A stretch of DNA of 64,000 nt from Pseudomonas phage KPP25: the sequence record AB910393.1. One strand, given 5' to 3'. Below, one piece after another: positions 48,568-58,129 of the stretch (position 1 is its first letter; each line of letters starts with the position of its first letter). Below the pieces are notes generated by a model, which saw nothing but the letters and a program-made list of their open reading frames with translations, did not search any database and was not told the DNA's origin. Made by a program: the position numbers and the translations under genes.

Positions 48568-49446
48568 ATGGCTACCAAAAAAACCACCGACGCCCCGGCT
48601 AAGCCGGCCACCAAGAAGCCTGCTGCCGGCAAAGCTGTAGCCACCATCGGCAAAGGCAGCAAGGTGCCGGTCGATGCCAAGGCGCTCCAGGCACAGCTGC
48701 TGGCTCGTAAGCAGCAGGTGCTCGATAAGCTGGGCCGTCCCAGCACCCCCACCATCGCCGTGCGCAACGACAAGTCCTTCGAACTGCCGGATGGAAGTAT
48801 CGTCCAGGCACCGGAGTTCATCCGTGCCGTGGTGATCGACTTCGCTTCCGTCAACTCGCTGTACGAAGGCCCGTACGATCCGAAGAACCCGGAACCGCCG
48901 ATCTGCTTCGCCGCTGGACTCGGCAGCCCGGATTCCCTGATCGCCTCGGACAAGTCCCCGCAGAAACAAGCGGACGACTGCGCCACCTGCCCGCTGAACC
49001 AGTGGGGCAGCGGCAGCGGCGATGGCAAGGCTTGCAAGAACACCCGCAAGCTGGCCGTCGTACTCATGGACGAGCTGGACGACGAAAACCGCGAAGGGGA
49101 TCTTCAGTTCTACCCGCTGAACGTGTCGCCGACCGGTATCAAGCACTGGGATGGATACGTGCGCAATCTGGCAACCCGCAACGATCTGCTGCCTGTCCAA
49201 GTCGTCACCAAGATCGGCTTCGACGCGCAATCGACCTGGGCCAGCCTGCGGTTCGCGCCGGATGAAGTCCTCGGCGATGACCAACTGGCGCAAGTTCTCG
49301 GTCTGCAAGAAGCCGTTGAAGACATGCTGACGGCCGAGCCTGATTGGGCTGGGTTCGAAGCGCAGCGTGCTGAGCGTCAAGCCAATCGCAAGCCTGCCGG
49401 CGGCCGTCGCCCGGCTGCGAAACCGGCTGGTCGCGCCCGGCGCTAA
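48568..49446 (+). CDS. hypothetical DNA-metabolism protein with a Cys cluster and basic tail, 292 aa
   Basis: Co-directional ORF. CATCPLNQWG...C motif. Confidence 0.5.
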   Translation: MATKKTTDAPAKPATKKPAAGKAVATIGKGSKVPVDAKALQAQLLARKQQVLDKLGRPSTPTIAVRNDKSFELPDGSIVQAPEFIRAVVIDFASVNSLYEGPYDPKNPEPPICFAAGLGSPDSLIASDKSPQKQADDCATCPLNQWGSGSGDGKACKNTRKLAVVLMDELDDENREGDLQFYPLNVSPTGIKHWDGYVRNLATRNDLLPVQVVTKIGFDAQSTWASLRFAPDEVLGDDQLAQVLGLQEAVEDMLTAEPDWAGFEAQRAERQANRKPAGGRRPAAKPAGRARR

Positions 49447-49462
49447 ACCAAGGAGGTAACGA

Positions 49463-49804
49463 ATGAGCACCACGCTGGCGAGTGCCCTGCGAACGATCCG
49501 ACAGCTGTACCGTGAACTGCCGACGTTTAACGCCGAGCAGATAGAGCGACTTGTCGATCTGGAGTTAAAGGGCGCGAATCGGCGCTCGGTGCTCAATCGT
49601 CTCGTCTCCCGCGCAGCACAGCTCGCTGCGGACAACAAACTGATCCAACTCCAATCGAAAATCGAAAGCAAAAGGAACCACGAGCATGGCACGTCAACCC
49701 GCCAACAAAACCCCGAAAGTATCGACCCTGAGCAGCAACCCGATTCCCGCCGACGCCAAGCCGGTAAAAGGAACCGTGGTAGCGCGCGAAAAGCCCAGCG
49801 TTAA
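49463..49804 (+). CDS. hypothetical protein, 113 aa (the 3' third overlaps the next gene out of frame)
   Basis: The overlap is long, so the real C-terminus is uncertain. Confidence 0.3.
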   Translation: MSTTLASALRTIRQLYRELPTFNAEQIERLVDLELKGANRRSVLNRLVSRAAQLAADNKLIQLQSKIESKRNHEHGTSTRQQNPESIDPEQQPDSRRRQAGKRNRGSARKAQR

Positions 49805-50216
49805 GCCGGCTGCCGCGGCGGCCAAGGCTGCTCCCAGCAAGGCCGAAATCAAGGCCAAGGAAAAGCGCGTAGCCGAGCTGCGTAAACTGGCCATCCAGAC
49901 GCAGAAGGATTACGACGCCGAGGTCAAGCGCATCCGCGCCGAACGCGACAAGAAGCAGGATGACGCCGCCAAGCCTGTCGCGCTGCTGGACAAGGAAATG
50001 GAAAAGCTCAGCGCTGAGTTCAACAAGGCGAAGGACAAGCTGACCAAGCAGCGCACCAAGGCGCTCGCAGCTTCCGAGAAGGTCAAGGCCAAGGCGCGCA
50101 AGGAAGGTGATTCGGCGCTGGCCAAGCTGACCAAGGCCAAGGAAGCCGACGACAAGAAGCTGGCTTCCGACCTGTCCAAGGCCGAGAAGGAACTCGCCGC
50201 CCTGGCTACTAGCTAA
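49686..50216 (+). CDS. Lys/Ala-rich histone-H1-like basic coiled-coil protein, 176 aa
   Basis: Composition of the ORF. Confidence 0.5.
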   Translation: MARQPANKTPKVSTLSSNPIPADAKPVKGTVVAREKPSVKPAAAAAKAAPSKAEIKAKEKRVAELRKLAIQTQKDYDAEVKRIRAERDKKQDDAAKPVALLDKEMEKLSAEFNKAKDKLTKQRTKALAASEKVKAKARKEGDSALAKLTKAKEADDKKLASDLSKAEKELAALATS

Positions 50217-50233
50217 GCCAGCACGCACCATCA

Positions 50234-50257
50234 GGCCGCCTCCGGGCGGCCTTTTTT
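50234..50257 (+). terminator. rho-independent terminator
   Basis: GGCCGCC-TCCG-GGCGGCC hairpin followed by TTTTTT. Confidence 0.65.
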
Positions 50258-50273
50258 ACCTCTGGAGAAAAGC

Positions 50274-50780
50274 ATGGCGAACCCTGAGAACCAAGCAATC
50301 CAGAACCTGCACACGAAGCTGCCAAGCTTCGTCCACCGCGAAAAAATGAGCAACCCGTACAGCAACGGCACAGCTGATGTGTGGTATGCCGCGTGGCCGT
50401 GCGATTTGTGGGTCGAGTACAAATTCCTGGCAAAGCCCCCGCAACGGGCGGTGACACTCGACCTGACGGATAACCAACGTATCTGGCTTGCGGACAAGTA
50501 CCGCAAGGGGCGCGCGGTCGCCGTGGTGTTGCTGTTCCCTGCAAAATTCGGCGGGGTGATCTACACGCACTTGTCGTGGGGCGAACGGAAAATCCAACTA
50601 CCTGCACCGGATGCCGACCACATCATCAAGCGTGAACTGATCGCCGAGTTCATCGTTCGGAGCTGTACCTGTGCCGCCTTTAATTCCTCTCTTGTATACC
50701 GGGGCGAAGATCGCTCGGTCGCTGTACCTGATCGCCGCATTTTCCGCGGCGACATACCTCACTATTCGGAGCCTACGTGA
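50274..50780 (+). CDS. hypothetical protein, 168 aa
   Basis: Co-directional ORF. Confidence 0.45.
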   Translation: MANPENQAIQNLHTKLPSFVHREKMSNPYSNGTADVWYAAWPCDLWVEYKFLAKPPQRAVTLDLTDNQRIWLADKYRKGRAVAVVLLFPAKFGGVIYTHLSWGERKIQLPAPDADHIIKRELIAEFIVRSCTCAAFNSSLVYRGEDRSVAVPDRRIFRGDIPHYSEPT

Positions 50781-51319
50781 TGGCAAAGCAAATACCTACG
50801 GAACTGTCTATCGACCTGGAAACCCTCGGAACCTCCGTGGAATCGGTGATCCTTTCGGTGGCGATGGTGACGAGCACCGGCGAAAAGTTCCACATAGCAA
50901 TCGATCCGTCCGAGCAAATCGCCGCCGGCCGTAAAGTCGATGCGAGTACGATCATGTGGTGGCTCGGCCCCGGCGCTGGTGAACCGGCGCGCGGGGCAAT
51001 GACCGAACTCATGGCCAAGCGGAAGTACGGCATGGAAGACGCCAAGCTCGAAATCATGTCGTTCCTCGACGACGTGCTGAGGAAAAACCCGCGCGTGCGC
51101 GTGTGGGGTAACTCCCCGTCGTTCGACTGCGAAATGCTGGCGAATTTCCTCGGCTGTAAACCGTGGCTCTTCTTCAACGAGCGTGATGTTCGTACGGCGC
51201 GCATGGTGGTTGGGCGTACCCAGGCCAGTACCGGACACGACGCGCTGGCCGACGCAGAAGCGCAGCTCGTCGACGCCATGCGTTTCATCGAAGTGGCCGA
51301 CAAGGAGGCGCGCAAATGA
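50777..51319 (+). CDS. DEDDh 3'-5' exonuclease (DnaQ/RNase T-like), 180 aa
   Basis: Exo I (SIDLETLG) and Exo III (HDALADA) motifs. Confidence 0.7.
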   Translation: MMAKQIPTELSIDLETLGTSVESVILSVAMVTSTGEKFHIAIDPSEQIAAGRKVDASTIMWWLGPGAGEPARGAMTELMAKRKYGMEDAKLEIMSFLDDVLRKNPRVRVWGNSPSFDCEMLANFLGCKPWLFFNERDVRTARMVVGRTQASTGHDALADAEAQLVDAMRFIEVADKEARK

Positions 51320-51558
51320 ACATCGTGGAACTCATTGAAGCGATCGGCATGGACAACATCGAAGCGCAGTCCCTCAACAAGTCCACGATCAAAGCCAATA
51401 CCGTCAAAGACGAAACCGTGGTCAAGTTCGTCACGAAGTCCATGACGCCGACCGACTTCGTGCTCGGCACCAAGATCGGGCTGATCTTGTGGTTCGATGC
51501 GGACAAGTTCAACGCGGCCGTCGACAAGGTAGAAAGTGAAAAGGCCGCGGAAGGCTAA
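51316..51558 (+). CDS. hypothetical protein, 80 aa
   Basis: Co-directional ORF. Confidence 0.4.
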   Translation: MNIVELIEAIGMDNIEAQSLNKSTIKANTVKDETVVKFVTKSMTPTDFVLGTKIGLILWFDADKFNAAVDKVESEKAAEG

Positions 51559-51895
51559 GGTCCGCTGCCGGTGCCGTGAATGCGGCGCTCGGAACACCAA
51601 GCGCGGCGATCTGAAGTTCGGACTCGCACGCGCTCGGTGCCGGGCGTGCGGAAAGATCGGCACGCTGCGCATCGACAAATGGGCCGACAGAAGAGGATGG
51701 CTGGTCGGTAGGTTATGCCGCTGCGACGGTGTGCCATTCCCGCATCGCCCAGGGATGGTCGGGTACATCACGTACTGCGGCGCTGAGATTTTCGTGGAGT
51801 GCTTACATGGCCAGGGGCATCGGATCGACGAAGCGCCGGCAGGAACTGTCGAAGCGTGCGGCCCGGTTGAAGAACCAGGGCTTTACCCTTTCTGA
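51536..51895 (+). CDS. zinc-ribbon protein, up to 119 aa
   Basis: CRCRECG...CRACG motif. The 3' part overlaps the next ORF. Confidence 0.35.
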   Translation: MKRPRKAKVRCRCRECGARNTKRGDLKFGLARARCRACGKIGTLRIDKWADRRGWLVGRLCRCDGVPFPHRPGMVGYITYCGAEIFVECLHGQGHRIDEAPAGTVEACGPVEEPGLYPF

Positions 51896-51977
51896 AATCT
51901 CGACCCTCACCGGTATACCGCGCGACAAGGTGCATATGCGCGTGAAGCTCGGCGAGCGTCTACTGAGCCTGGAGTAA
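51807..51977 (+). CDS. small helix-turn-helix protein, ~56 aa
   Basis: FTLSEISTLTGIPRDKV looks like a sigma-region-4/LuxR-like HTH. Confidence 0.35.
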   Translation: MARGIGSTKRRQELSKRAARLKNQGFTLSEISTLTGIPRDKVHMRVKLGERLLSLE

Positions 51978-51980
51978 AGC

Positions 51981-52523
51981 ATGTGGAACTATTGCCCTGA
52001 GTGTGGGTGCAGAACGTTCGAGAAGCACGACAGCTACAACGTCTGTGTGAACTGCGGACAGGATTGGTATCCCGGAACGGACTACACGAACGTCGTGCGA
52101 GCGCACCTCAGTAAGACGTACCAAGACAAGGACGCGGAGATCGCGCGCTACAAGCAGCTGTACCACAAAGCGATCGGTGCGATGGAGCGGTTGAAGACCC
52201 CGACCAAACGGGACGTTGACGCCATGATGTGCGTGCTGTCGTCGCTCGTGGCGGCCATATCCCTGCTGGAGCGCGGCGGGAAGAAAGCAGCGGCATCGGA
52301 CACCATGTTCAACCAGATGCTGCTCGACTACAAAGCTGCTGTGACCGTAGGACGGAAAGCGCTACGGCGTATGCGCGGCGATAATGACCAAGCATACGAC
52401 AGCAACGCGGAACGCTTGACTAGGGAAGCGCTCGGCCCTGGTGCAGAAATAAATCCCGACGCAACGTCCGTAGACGATCTGTTCCTCGACGGTACGCCGC
52501 CGAACAAGAAAGGTGACCTATGA
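51981..52523 (+). CDS. zinc-ribbon protein, 180 aa
   Basis: CPECGC...CVNCG motif. Confidence 0.45.
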   Translation: MWNYCPECGCRTFEKHDSYNVCVNCGQDWYPGTDYTNVVRAHLSKTYQDKDAEIARYKQLYHKAIGAMERLKTPTKRDVDAMMCVLSSLVAAISLLERGGKKAAASDTMFNQMLLDYKAAVTVGRKALRRMRGDNDQAYDSNAERLTREALGPGAEINPDATSVDDLFLDGTPPNKKGDL

Positions 52524-53098
52524 TCGAAAGCATAATCAAGCAAATCGACTTGACCGCCAAGCTCGGCCAGGACGGCAGCTCGCTCCAAGCCATGAACGCG
52601 CTGCGCGTCATTCGGGAGACTATCGCTAAGCACATCGCGGAGCTGGAGAAGCAGACCTACAAACAGCACCCGCAAATCGTAGGGTATGCCCGCAAAAAAG
52701 ACTTGGAGCCGCTGCTGGACCCGTGCATGCCCGACGGTGGTTATATCTATATAGGTTTGGACCATCCGTCTCTCTGGTCAGAAGAACCGCCGTACGAATT
52801 TCTTACTCCGCTCTACACCGCCCCTGTAGCCCAGGCTCAGCACAGCGTGCCGGATGGCTACCGCCTGATCCGCCTCGAACACTTCGCCGCTATCAAAGCG
52901 CAGCTCAATCCTGAGCAGGTCGATGCGTACCGGGGACGGAACATCTACGACGAAGACAAGGTGTACGCGAACTGGAACGCGTGCCGCTCAGCGCTCGACG
53001 AAATAAAGGATGTGTTTCAGCAGATCGATTGGGATGCCGAAAACGAGCTGGCTGAGCTACTCGCCGCTGCGCCCGGTAAGGAGGTAGGTCATGAGTGA
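52520..53098 (+). CDS. hypothetical protein, 192 aa
   Basis: Co-directional ORF. Confidence 0.45.
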   Translation: MIESIIKQIDLTAKLGQDGSSLQAMNALRVIRETIAKHIAELEKQTYKQHPQIVGYARKKDLEPLLDPCMPDGGYIYIGLDHPSLWSEEPPYEFLTPLYTAPVAQAQHSVPDGYRLIRLEHFAAIKAQLNPEQVDAYRGRNIYDEDKVYANWNACRSALDEIKDVFQQIDWDAENELAELLAAAPGKEVGHE

Positions 53099-53795
53099 GG
53101 TCCAACGGTTCTGGTGCGATGAGGCGCGGAACATCCGGTGCGTCCGTGAGGATGACTTCGACGCACTCGAAGCCGAGGCCAAGGCGCTAAGGGAGGAAGT
53201 CGCGAAACTGCGCACCAAACTAGCCATGGCCGAGGACGCCGCGTCCAAGGGTGACGCTGCCCGCCAGAAGTGCGGTGGCATGGAAATGCAGATACAGGAG
53301 CTGCGCGAGAAGTTCACGAAGTGCATGGAACTGGTGTTCTCCGAGATCGCCTACTACGTCAGCCCGGAGAAAGCTCGTGACCCTAATTCGCGCGCACGCA
53401 AGGCGTCGGTGTTGGCTACCGAACTACGCGATATGCTCGCCGCCGCGCCCGGCACGGAAGTGCCGCAAGCATGGCTCGATGTCCAAGCCGAGCGCCGCCG
53501 GCAGGTCACTGCCGAAGGATGGACGCCGGAGCATGACGATGCGCACGCCTGCGACGAGATTGCGGCCTTCGCGTGCTTCTACGCGATGCCGCCGGCAGCG
53601 CGCGATTGGGACGCCAGCAGCACCGGCTACGGCGACACCCTGGGCGAGGCCATTGTGCCTGAAGGCTGGGAACCGAAGACCGGTGATCGACGCCGCGAGC
53701 TGGTCAAGGCCGGCGGACTGATCCTGGCCGAGATCGAGCGCCTGGATCGAGCAGCCATGCGCAGGGAAGACAGTTATGGAGGTGCAGAGCAATGA
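53091..53795 (+). CDS. hypothetical protein, 234 aa; the C-terminal WTPEHDDAH region could be an NTP-pyrophosphohydrolase-like fold (weak)
   Basis: Motif resemblance only. Confidence 0.45.
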   Translation: MSEVQRFWCDEARNIRCVREDDFDALEAEAKALREEVAKLRTKLAMAEDAASKGDAARQKCGGMEMQIQELREKFTKCMELVFSEIAYYVSPEKARDPNSRARKASVLATELRDMLAAAPGTEVPQAWLDVQAERRRQVTAEGWTPEHDDAHACDEIAAFACFYAMPPAARDWDASSTGYGDTLGEAIVPEGWEPKTGDRRRELVKAGGLILAEIERLDRAAMRREDSYGGAEQ

Positions 53796-54184
53796 ACCTG
53801 TCCTGGGACTTCATGAAGTCCATCGCTGAGCGGGAAAGCGTGAAAGAGGTACTGTCGGAATTCCTCAAGGAATCGACACTCAAAGTGAACGGCGCTGACG
53901 CACTGCTGGTTCTGCACATCGTATCGGCGTACACCACCTGCGACGGCAGCCACGGCGGGCCAGCATGTGGTGACCCTGATTGCTTCGCCAATCAGAAACC
54001 CGACGACGCGAAAGTTCACATGCAGCTGAAACGCGCCGTGAATGCATTGCGAACGTTGTGCAACGTCGACACGAAGGAAGATATCGACGCAATGCTGCTC
54101 GCTATGCGTGCCATGCCCGGTGACTTGAACGACCGCATCGCGGTCATAGCAACCTTGGAACTACTGAAGGAGCTGATGGGATGA
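53792..54184 (+). CDS. hypothetical protein, 130 aa
   Basis: Co-directional ORF. Confidence 0.45.
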   Translation: MNLSWDFMKSIAERESVKEVLSEFLKESTLKVNGADALLVLHIVSAYTTCDGSHGGPACGDPDCFANQKPDDAKVHMQLKRAVNALRTLCNVDTKEDIDAMLLAMRAMPGDLNDRIAVIATLELLKELMG

Positions 54185-54321
54185 CGAAAGACGAACTGAT
54201 GGAAGCGGTGCGTGGCTTCTATGGCGACACGTCGCGGTCGCGTGAAGAAACGCGTGAACTGCTCGAAGAAGTGCGTGACGAGATCGATATCCTGATCGAG
54301 TCGTTGTACGAGGACGAATAA
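54181..54321 (+). CDS. hypothetical small protein, 46 aa (last plus-arm gene)
   Basis: ATGA start/stop overlap. Not in the ORF track because it is under 60 aa. Confidence 0.3.
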   Translation: MTKDELMEAVRGFYGDTSRSREETRELLEEVRDEIDILIESLYEDE

Positions 54322-54340
54322 CCGCCCTCCAGAAACAAGA

Positions 54341-54366
54341 AACCCGGCCAGTGGCCGGGTTTTTTC
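54341..54366. terminator. rho-independent terminator, likely bidirectional (AACCCGGCC-AGT-GGCCGGGTT plus T6)
   Basis: T-rich on both strands at the point where the two arms converge. Confidence 0.6.
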
Positions 54367-54421
54367 TTGCATCGCAAGGAAGCGCGACAGCAAGGCTCCA
54401 TACGCAGTGCTCATTTTACCA

Positions 54422-54452
54422 GAAACCCGGCCATGTGTCGGGTTTCTTTTTG
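54422..54452 (+). terminator. second tandem terminator (GAAACCCG ... CGGGTTTC plus T5), followed by the perfect 14-bp palindrome GCTCTGTACAGAGC
   Basis: Sequence-similar to the first terminator. Confidence 0.5.
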
Positions 54453-54481
54453 CTCTGTACAGAGCTATGGGGTGCGGGGTT

Positions 54482-54709
54482 TCACTCCGGTAGCGGATAC
54501 CTCGCCTTGATTTCCTCGACCTTGGCGATCCAGGCACTGTAGTCCGGTTCGGTGCCGGCCTTGATCGCGTCGAACTCGGCCTCGGTCTTGAGCGGGTCAC
54601 TTTCCAAGCGGTAGGCATTTGCCCGTGCTGTGACCGCGGCATCGTACTCAACCTGCCTGCGCTCTTGCGCCTGCTGTTCAGCGGTCTTTACCTTGCTCCA
54701 ATCGATCAT
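54482..54709 (-). CDS. small protein, 75 aa (tail-fibre assembly/chaperone-like position)
   Basis: Last gene of the minus arm, downstream of the tail fibre. Confidence 0.45.
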   Translation of the reverse strand: MIDWSKVKTAEQQAQERRQVEYDAAVTARANAYRLESDPLKTEAEFDAIKAGTEPDYSAWIAKVEEIKARYPLPE

Positions 54710-55017
54710 CGCGGTAACTCCACCGGGCCATCGGCCTCGACCAACAACGGCTCAGGGAATCGAGCGGCTTCGCTAGCATCCACATCAAGCGGGTAGCGCA
54801 GGGTCAACTCCAGCCGGCCGTTTCTTCGTACTACAGAACCGACGAACCATTCCGACTCAATAGCCTCGGACGGCAATTCACCACCCTCCGGGAGCGGCGT
54901 AAAATCGAACTCCTGATCGTTCACAGTGAGTACATCACCAGTCCTGCTCAACGACAGGTGCTCGTTGCTATCGGGGAGCGGTGCGTACGGTGACAACTTG
55001 ATGATCATCAGAACCAC
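54706..55017 (-). CDS. hypothetical protein, 103 aa
   Basis: Co-directional ORF. Confidence 0.5.
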   Translation of the reverse strand: MVLMIIKLSPYAPLPDSNEHLSLSRTGDVLTVNDQEFDFTPLPEGGELPSEAIESEWFVGSVVRRNGRLELTLRYPLDVDASEAARFPEPLLVEADGPVELPR

Positions 55018-55964
55018 CTCCCGTTGGCTATCGCGGAGATTGCTGTCGCGGTTCCGGTCGCCCTCGAAGCGATGTCGAATATCCGCAACGTCACGCTAGT
55101 CGTACTAGCAACCCCGCCGACAGTTCCCCAGCCTGCGCCAGTCCCCCAGCGAAATAGACCGACGCTCACCGTCGGGCTACCGACAAACGTCGCAGGGAAA
55201 GACCATCCACGAGTGCCGGTAAACAAGCTGCCGTAAGCGGTATCGACCGCCTGATCGGTAACGCTGGCGTTGAACCAGCAGAGCTGCGTACCGTCTGCGA
55301 GTCGGATGTATTCCCCGTTCGCGTTGCTGCCTCGCTCAAGAATAGAGCCGATCGGCGAGCCTCCAGACTGAGCTACCGTACCAAGAAGCTGCGCGTCGGA
55401 CAGCACGCGAATCCACGGCTGCCAAGTACCAGATCCCTTGCGTCGGAAGTAGAAGATATTCGAAGTCCGCGGTACGAACAGCTGCACCGCAGTTGCTGCG
55501 TCGTAGGGGTGGTGGTAGAGCATCGAACCGATAGGGTTCAGCGAATCGATACCCGGCGGCAGATTCGACCAGGGCGATGTACCGATACCGTAGAACCCAC
55601 ATTCGTCAGGGACCGTATTCGGGTCGGAGAAGGCCCGGTTGAACGACATACTTTTAGGTACGCCGCCGATATAGTTCAAGGCGTTTGCCTGCGTACTGGC
55701 GTTGATAATCGCACGGCCTACGGCGGTGAACGGCGTTTGCGCCCAGGTATTCGCGCCGTTCTGGTACGGCAGCACATCCGTGCCGCCGGCCAGACCCGCG
55801 AAGTTGTTCACCCGTGCCGTGGCCAGGGCCGCGAACGCATCGGTTGCAGTGGAAGCGCCGGTCCCACCGTTGGTGATAGGTACGGTGTCGCTGGTGGCGA
55901 ACTGGGACAGGTTCCCGTTGCCGCCACCGTTGTCGATTACCTTGAGGGGGATTGCGTCAGCCAT
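55008..55964 (-). CDS. tail fibre / receptor-binding protein, 318 aa
   Basis: N-terminal ITNGGTGA fibre-type anchor motif. The C-terminal ...ANGRWF ending resembles knob-domain fibres. Confidence 0.6.
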   Translation of the reverse strand: MADAIPLKVIDNGGGNGNLSQFATSDTVPITNGGTGASTATDAFAALATARVNNFAGLAGGTDVLPYQNGANTWAQTPFTAVGRAIINASTQANALNYIGGVPKSMSFNRAFSDPNTVPDECGFYGIGTSPWSNLPPGIDSLNPIGSMLYHHPYDAATAVQLFVPRTSNIFYFRRKGSGTWQPWIRVLSDAQLLGTVAQSGGSPIGSILERGSNANGEYIRLADGTQLCWFNASVTDQAVDTAYGSLFTGTRGWSFPATFVGSPTVSVGLFRWGTGAGWGTVGGVASTTSVTLRIFDIASRATGTATAISAIANGRWF

Positions 55965-56163
55965 TGGTCACCACCGGTACGCTGAGCGAGCCGCCGGCGG
56001 CGAGCGCCACCGGGAGCATCTGGTTGTTGTTCAACGACACGCGAAGGGTGCCGCCGGCGCGCATGTACACCAGCACGCCGAGAGGTACGCCGAGAAGCGT
56101 ATCGCCGGCCGGCAGCTCACGAGGAAAGCCGCTGCCGTGGACGAGAGGTCTGCGGGCAGCCAT
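55957..56163 (-). CDS. small ORF, 68 aa
   Basis: Fills the gap between adjacent genes; weak support. Confidence 0.3.
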   Translation of the reverse strand: MAARRPLVHGSGFPRELPAGDTLLGVPLGVLVYMRAGGTLRVSLNNNQMLPVALAAGGSLSVPVVTNG

Positions 56164-56171
56164 GCGTCACC

Positions 56172-56687
56172 TCACGCCAGGACGATCGGCTGGCGGCCGA
56201 TCTCTACGTTGACCACGGTAGCGCTCACCGCGGTGCCCAGCGGCTGAACGATCTGGCCGGAACCGGTAGGCGGAGTCGCCACGCCCAGGCCGGGAGTGGT
56301 CGCGCTGAGCCACACGTTACCGGGGGTCATGCCAGTGACCTGGGTGTTCGAGCCTTCGAAGTACACGGTGGCGTTCGCCGCGCTGGATACAGCGGCGAGG
56401 ACGAAACCGTGTGCCATCTTCGAGGTGCCGCCGGCGGCGTCGGCTTTGCGCACTTTGAACGCGCCGGCATCGGCCCACACGTTCACATAGTCGCCGGCAG
56501 CCAGCGCCTCGGACGCTTCGATGATCGCGGTGTCGGCACCGATACCGGTCGGCAGCACGGAGCTGTCGAGGCGGCCGGTAGAGTCGAGCGCCGGGATATC
56601 GCCGGCGTTACCCGCGCCGGCCGAGACGACAGTCGCCTCGACCTCGGTGGGGAAGCCGTTCTGGTTGGAAAGGTACTTGTCTGCCAT
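56172..56687 (-). CDS. DUF2190-like small structural protein, ~171 aa
   Basis: GGAGG Shine-Dalgarno before the ATG at 56687. MADKYLSNQNG... followed by a GDYVNVW...KVRKA...G..V..A pattern. Confidence 0.45.
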   Translation of the reverse strand: MADKYLSNQNGFPTEVEATVVSAGAGNAGDIPALDSTGRLDSSVLPTGIGADTAIIEASEALAAGDYVNVWADAGAFKVRKADAAGGTSKMAHGFVLAAVSSAANATVYFEGSNTQVTGMTPGNVWLSATTPGLGVATPPTGSGQIVQPLGTAVSATVVNVEIGRQPIVLA

Positions 56688-56688
56688 G

Positions 56689-57366
56689 TCACACCTCCAG
56701 CGTGATCGCCACGCCAATGTCGATAAATAGAGTAGTAGGGTCGAGCGCGAAGCCTACGATCAGCGAGAACAGCGCGCCAGAGGGAACGGTCTGCGTGAGA
56801 TTGCCATCCTGGCCGAGAAACACGGCACCGGGTGTCCACGCCCACCCGGAGTGCTGCACTTCACCGAGGCGCTGCACATCCACTGTGCCGCCAGGGGACG
56901 CCGCATTCAGCGACAGCCCCAGGGTGTTTATGCGATTGATCAGCGTCGCGCAATCAGCGTACACCACTTGGTTGGCGTCGATCGGTGCAACCATGCGATG
57001 CCCGGACATCGGCACCGACGCCACCTTCTGGATGATCGCGCCGCCGGCCGGGCCGGGTTCACCTTTGTCGCCCTTGCGCCCAGGCTGCCCGGCCAGGACG
57101 ACGAACGCCGCCGAGCGCAAGTCCTGCACCTGCTGCGCCCCCGGCTGGATCAGCACCTCGGTAACGGCCTGCGCAGGCGGCAGGACCATGGCGGTGTACT
57201 CCAGCTGCGACGCTGGCCGCGCCAGGGGCAGGACGATCTCCATGTCAGGGTCACGCACGAGCAACGCCTGCGAGCGCTCCCTAGTGACAAGCGCCTGCGG
57301 TGTCGATACCGCCACGGACAGGCACTGGCCGACCCGGCGGACGACTAGAGCCTGACCTGCGTTCAT
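56689..57366 (-). CDS. collagen-like-repeat tail fibre protein, 225 aa
   Basis: GQPGRKGDKGEPGPAGG, a run of Gly-X-Y triplets. Confidence 0.6.
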   Translation of the reverse strand: MNAGQALVVRRVGQCLSVAVSTPQALVTRERSQALLVRDPDMEIVLPLARPASQLEYTAMVLPPAQAVTEVLIQPGAQQVQDLRSAAFVVLAGQPGRKGDKGEPGPAGGAIIQKVASVPMSGHRMVAPIDANQVVYADCATLINRINTLGLSLNAASPGGTVDVQRLGEVQHSGWAWTPGAVFLGQDGNLTQTVPSGALFSLIVGFALDPTTLFIDIGVAITLEV

Positions 57367-57945
57367 TTCGCTACCTCAGCCGTGACGGTCACTCGGCCAG
57401 ACCCCACCGGGTACACCACCGACACGTCGGTCGGGTCGTACAGTTCGAGGTCGTACAGCGCCTTGTTCCAGTCCAGGGTGGCGGTCACGTCCGCACCGAT
57501 CAGCATGCTGATGGTGCTGGTGGGGATATCGATCACGACTCGCCCGTCAGTGGTGTTCCCGGTAAGCAGCGCGTCGGCATCGCCAGGGGTGCGGCGGATG
57601 GCGAACCGCGCGGCCAGCCCAGTGAGATCCGCGGGGGTGTAGAAGACGATGGTGCCGGCTCCGCCGAACGCCTTGAAGCCGATGCCGTTCACGTCGTTCA
57701 GTTCCAGGCTGTCCGGGGTCAGGACTTTGGCCAGATGGAACTGCCCAGGCTGGGTATTCAGCTCAGGAGGGGCTTTCACGCTCTGCACCTCGAACGGCCA
57801 GCCATCAGACAGGCCGTGCCCAGGGACCGTCAGCACGACCGGGGCGGTGGCCGTAGCGCCCGTGATGGGCTTGTAGAGCTTGATCGGGTCGGCCCAGCGG
57901 AAGGCGAATTCGAACGTTTTCCCCTGGAGAATCTGCAAGTCGATG
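57363..57945 (-). CDS. virion protein, ~194 aa
   Basis: AGGAGG Shine-Dalgarno 7 nt upstream of the ATG at 57945. First gene after element B. Confidence 0.55.
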
Positions 57946-58129
57946 GTGCAAGTCATGGTGCGCCCTCCTGTGAGCTGCGGAAAGTATGCCAGCCGGCCCG
58001 GAGCTGCGCCACGCTGCACGTTCCCGCCGTAGGGGTAGCAGAGTGGCGGTTCCACAACTGGAGCGCACCACGGGCCTATTTGGTGCCCTACAGCCTGTAT
58101 CGATACCGTTGATGGTCCAGAGCACTACT

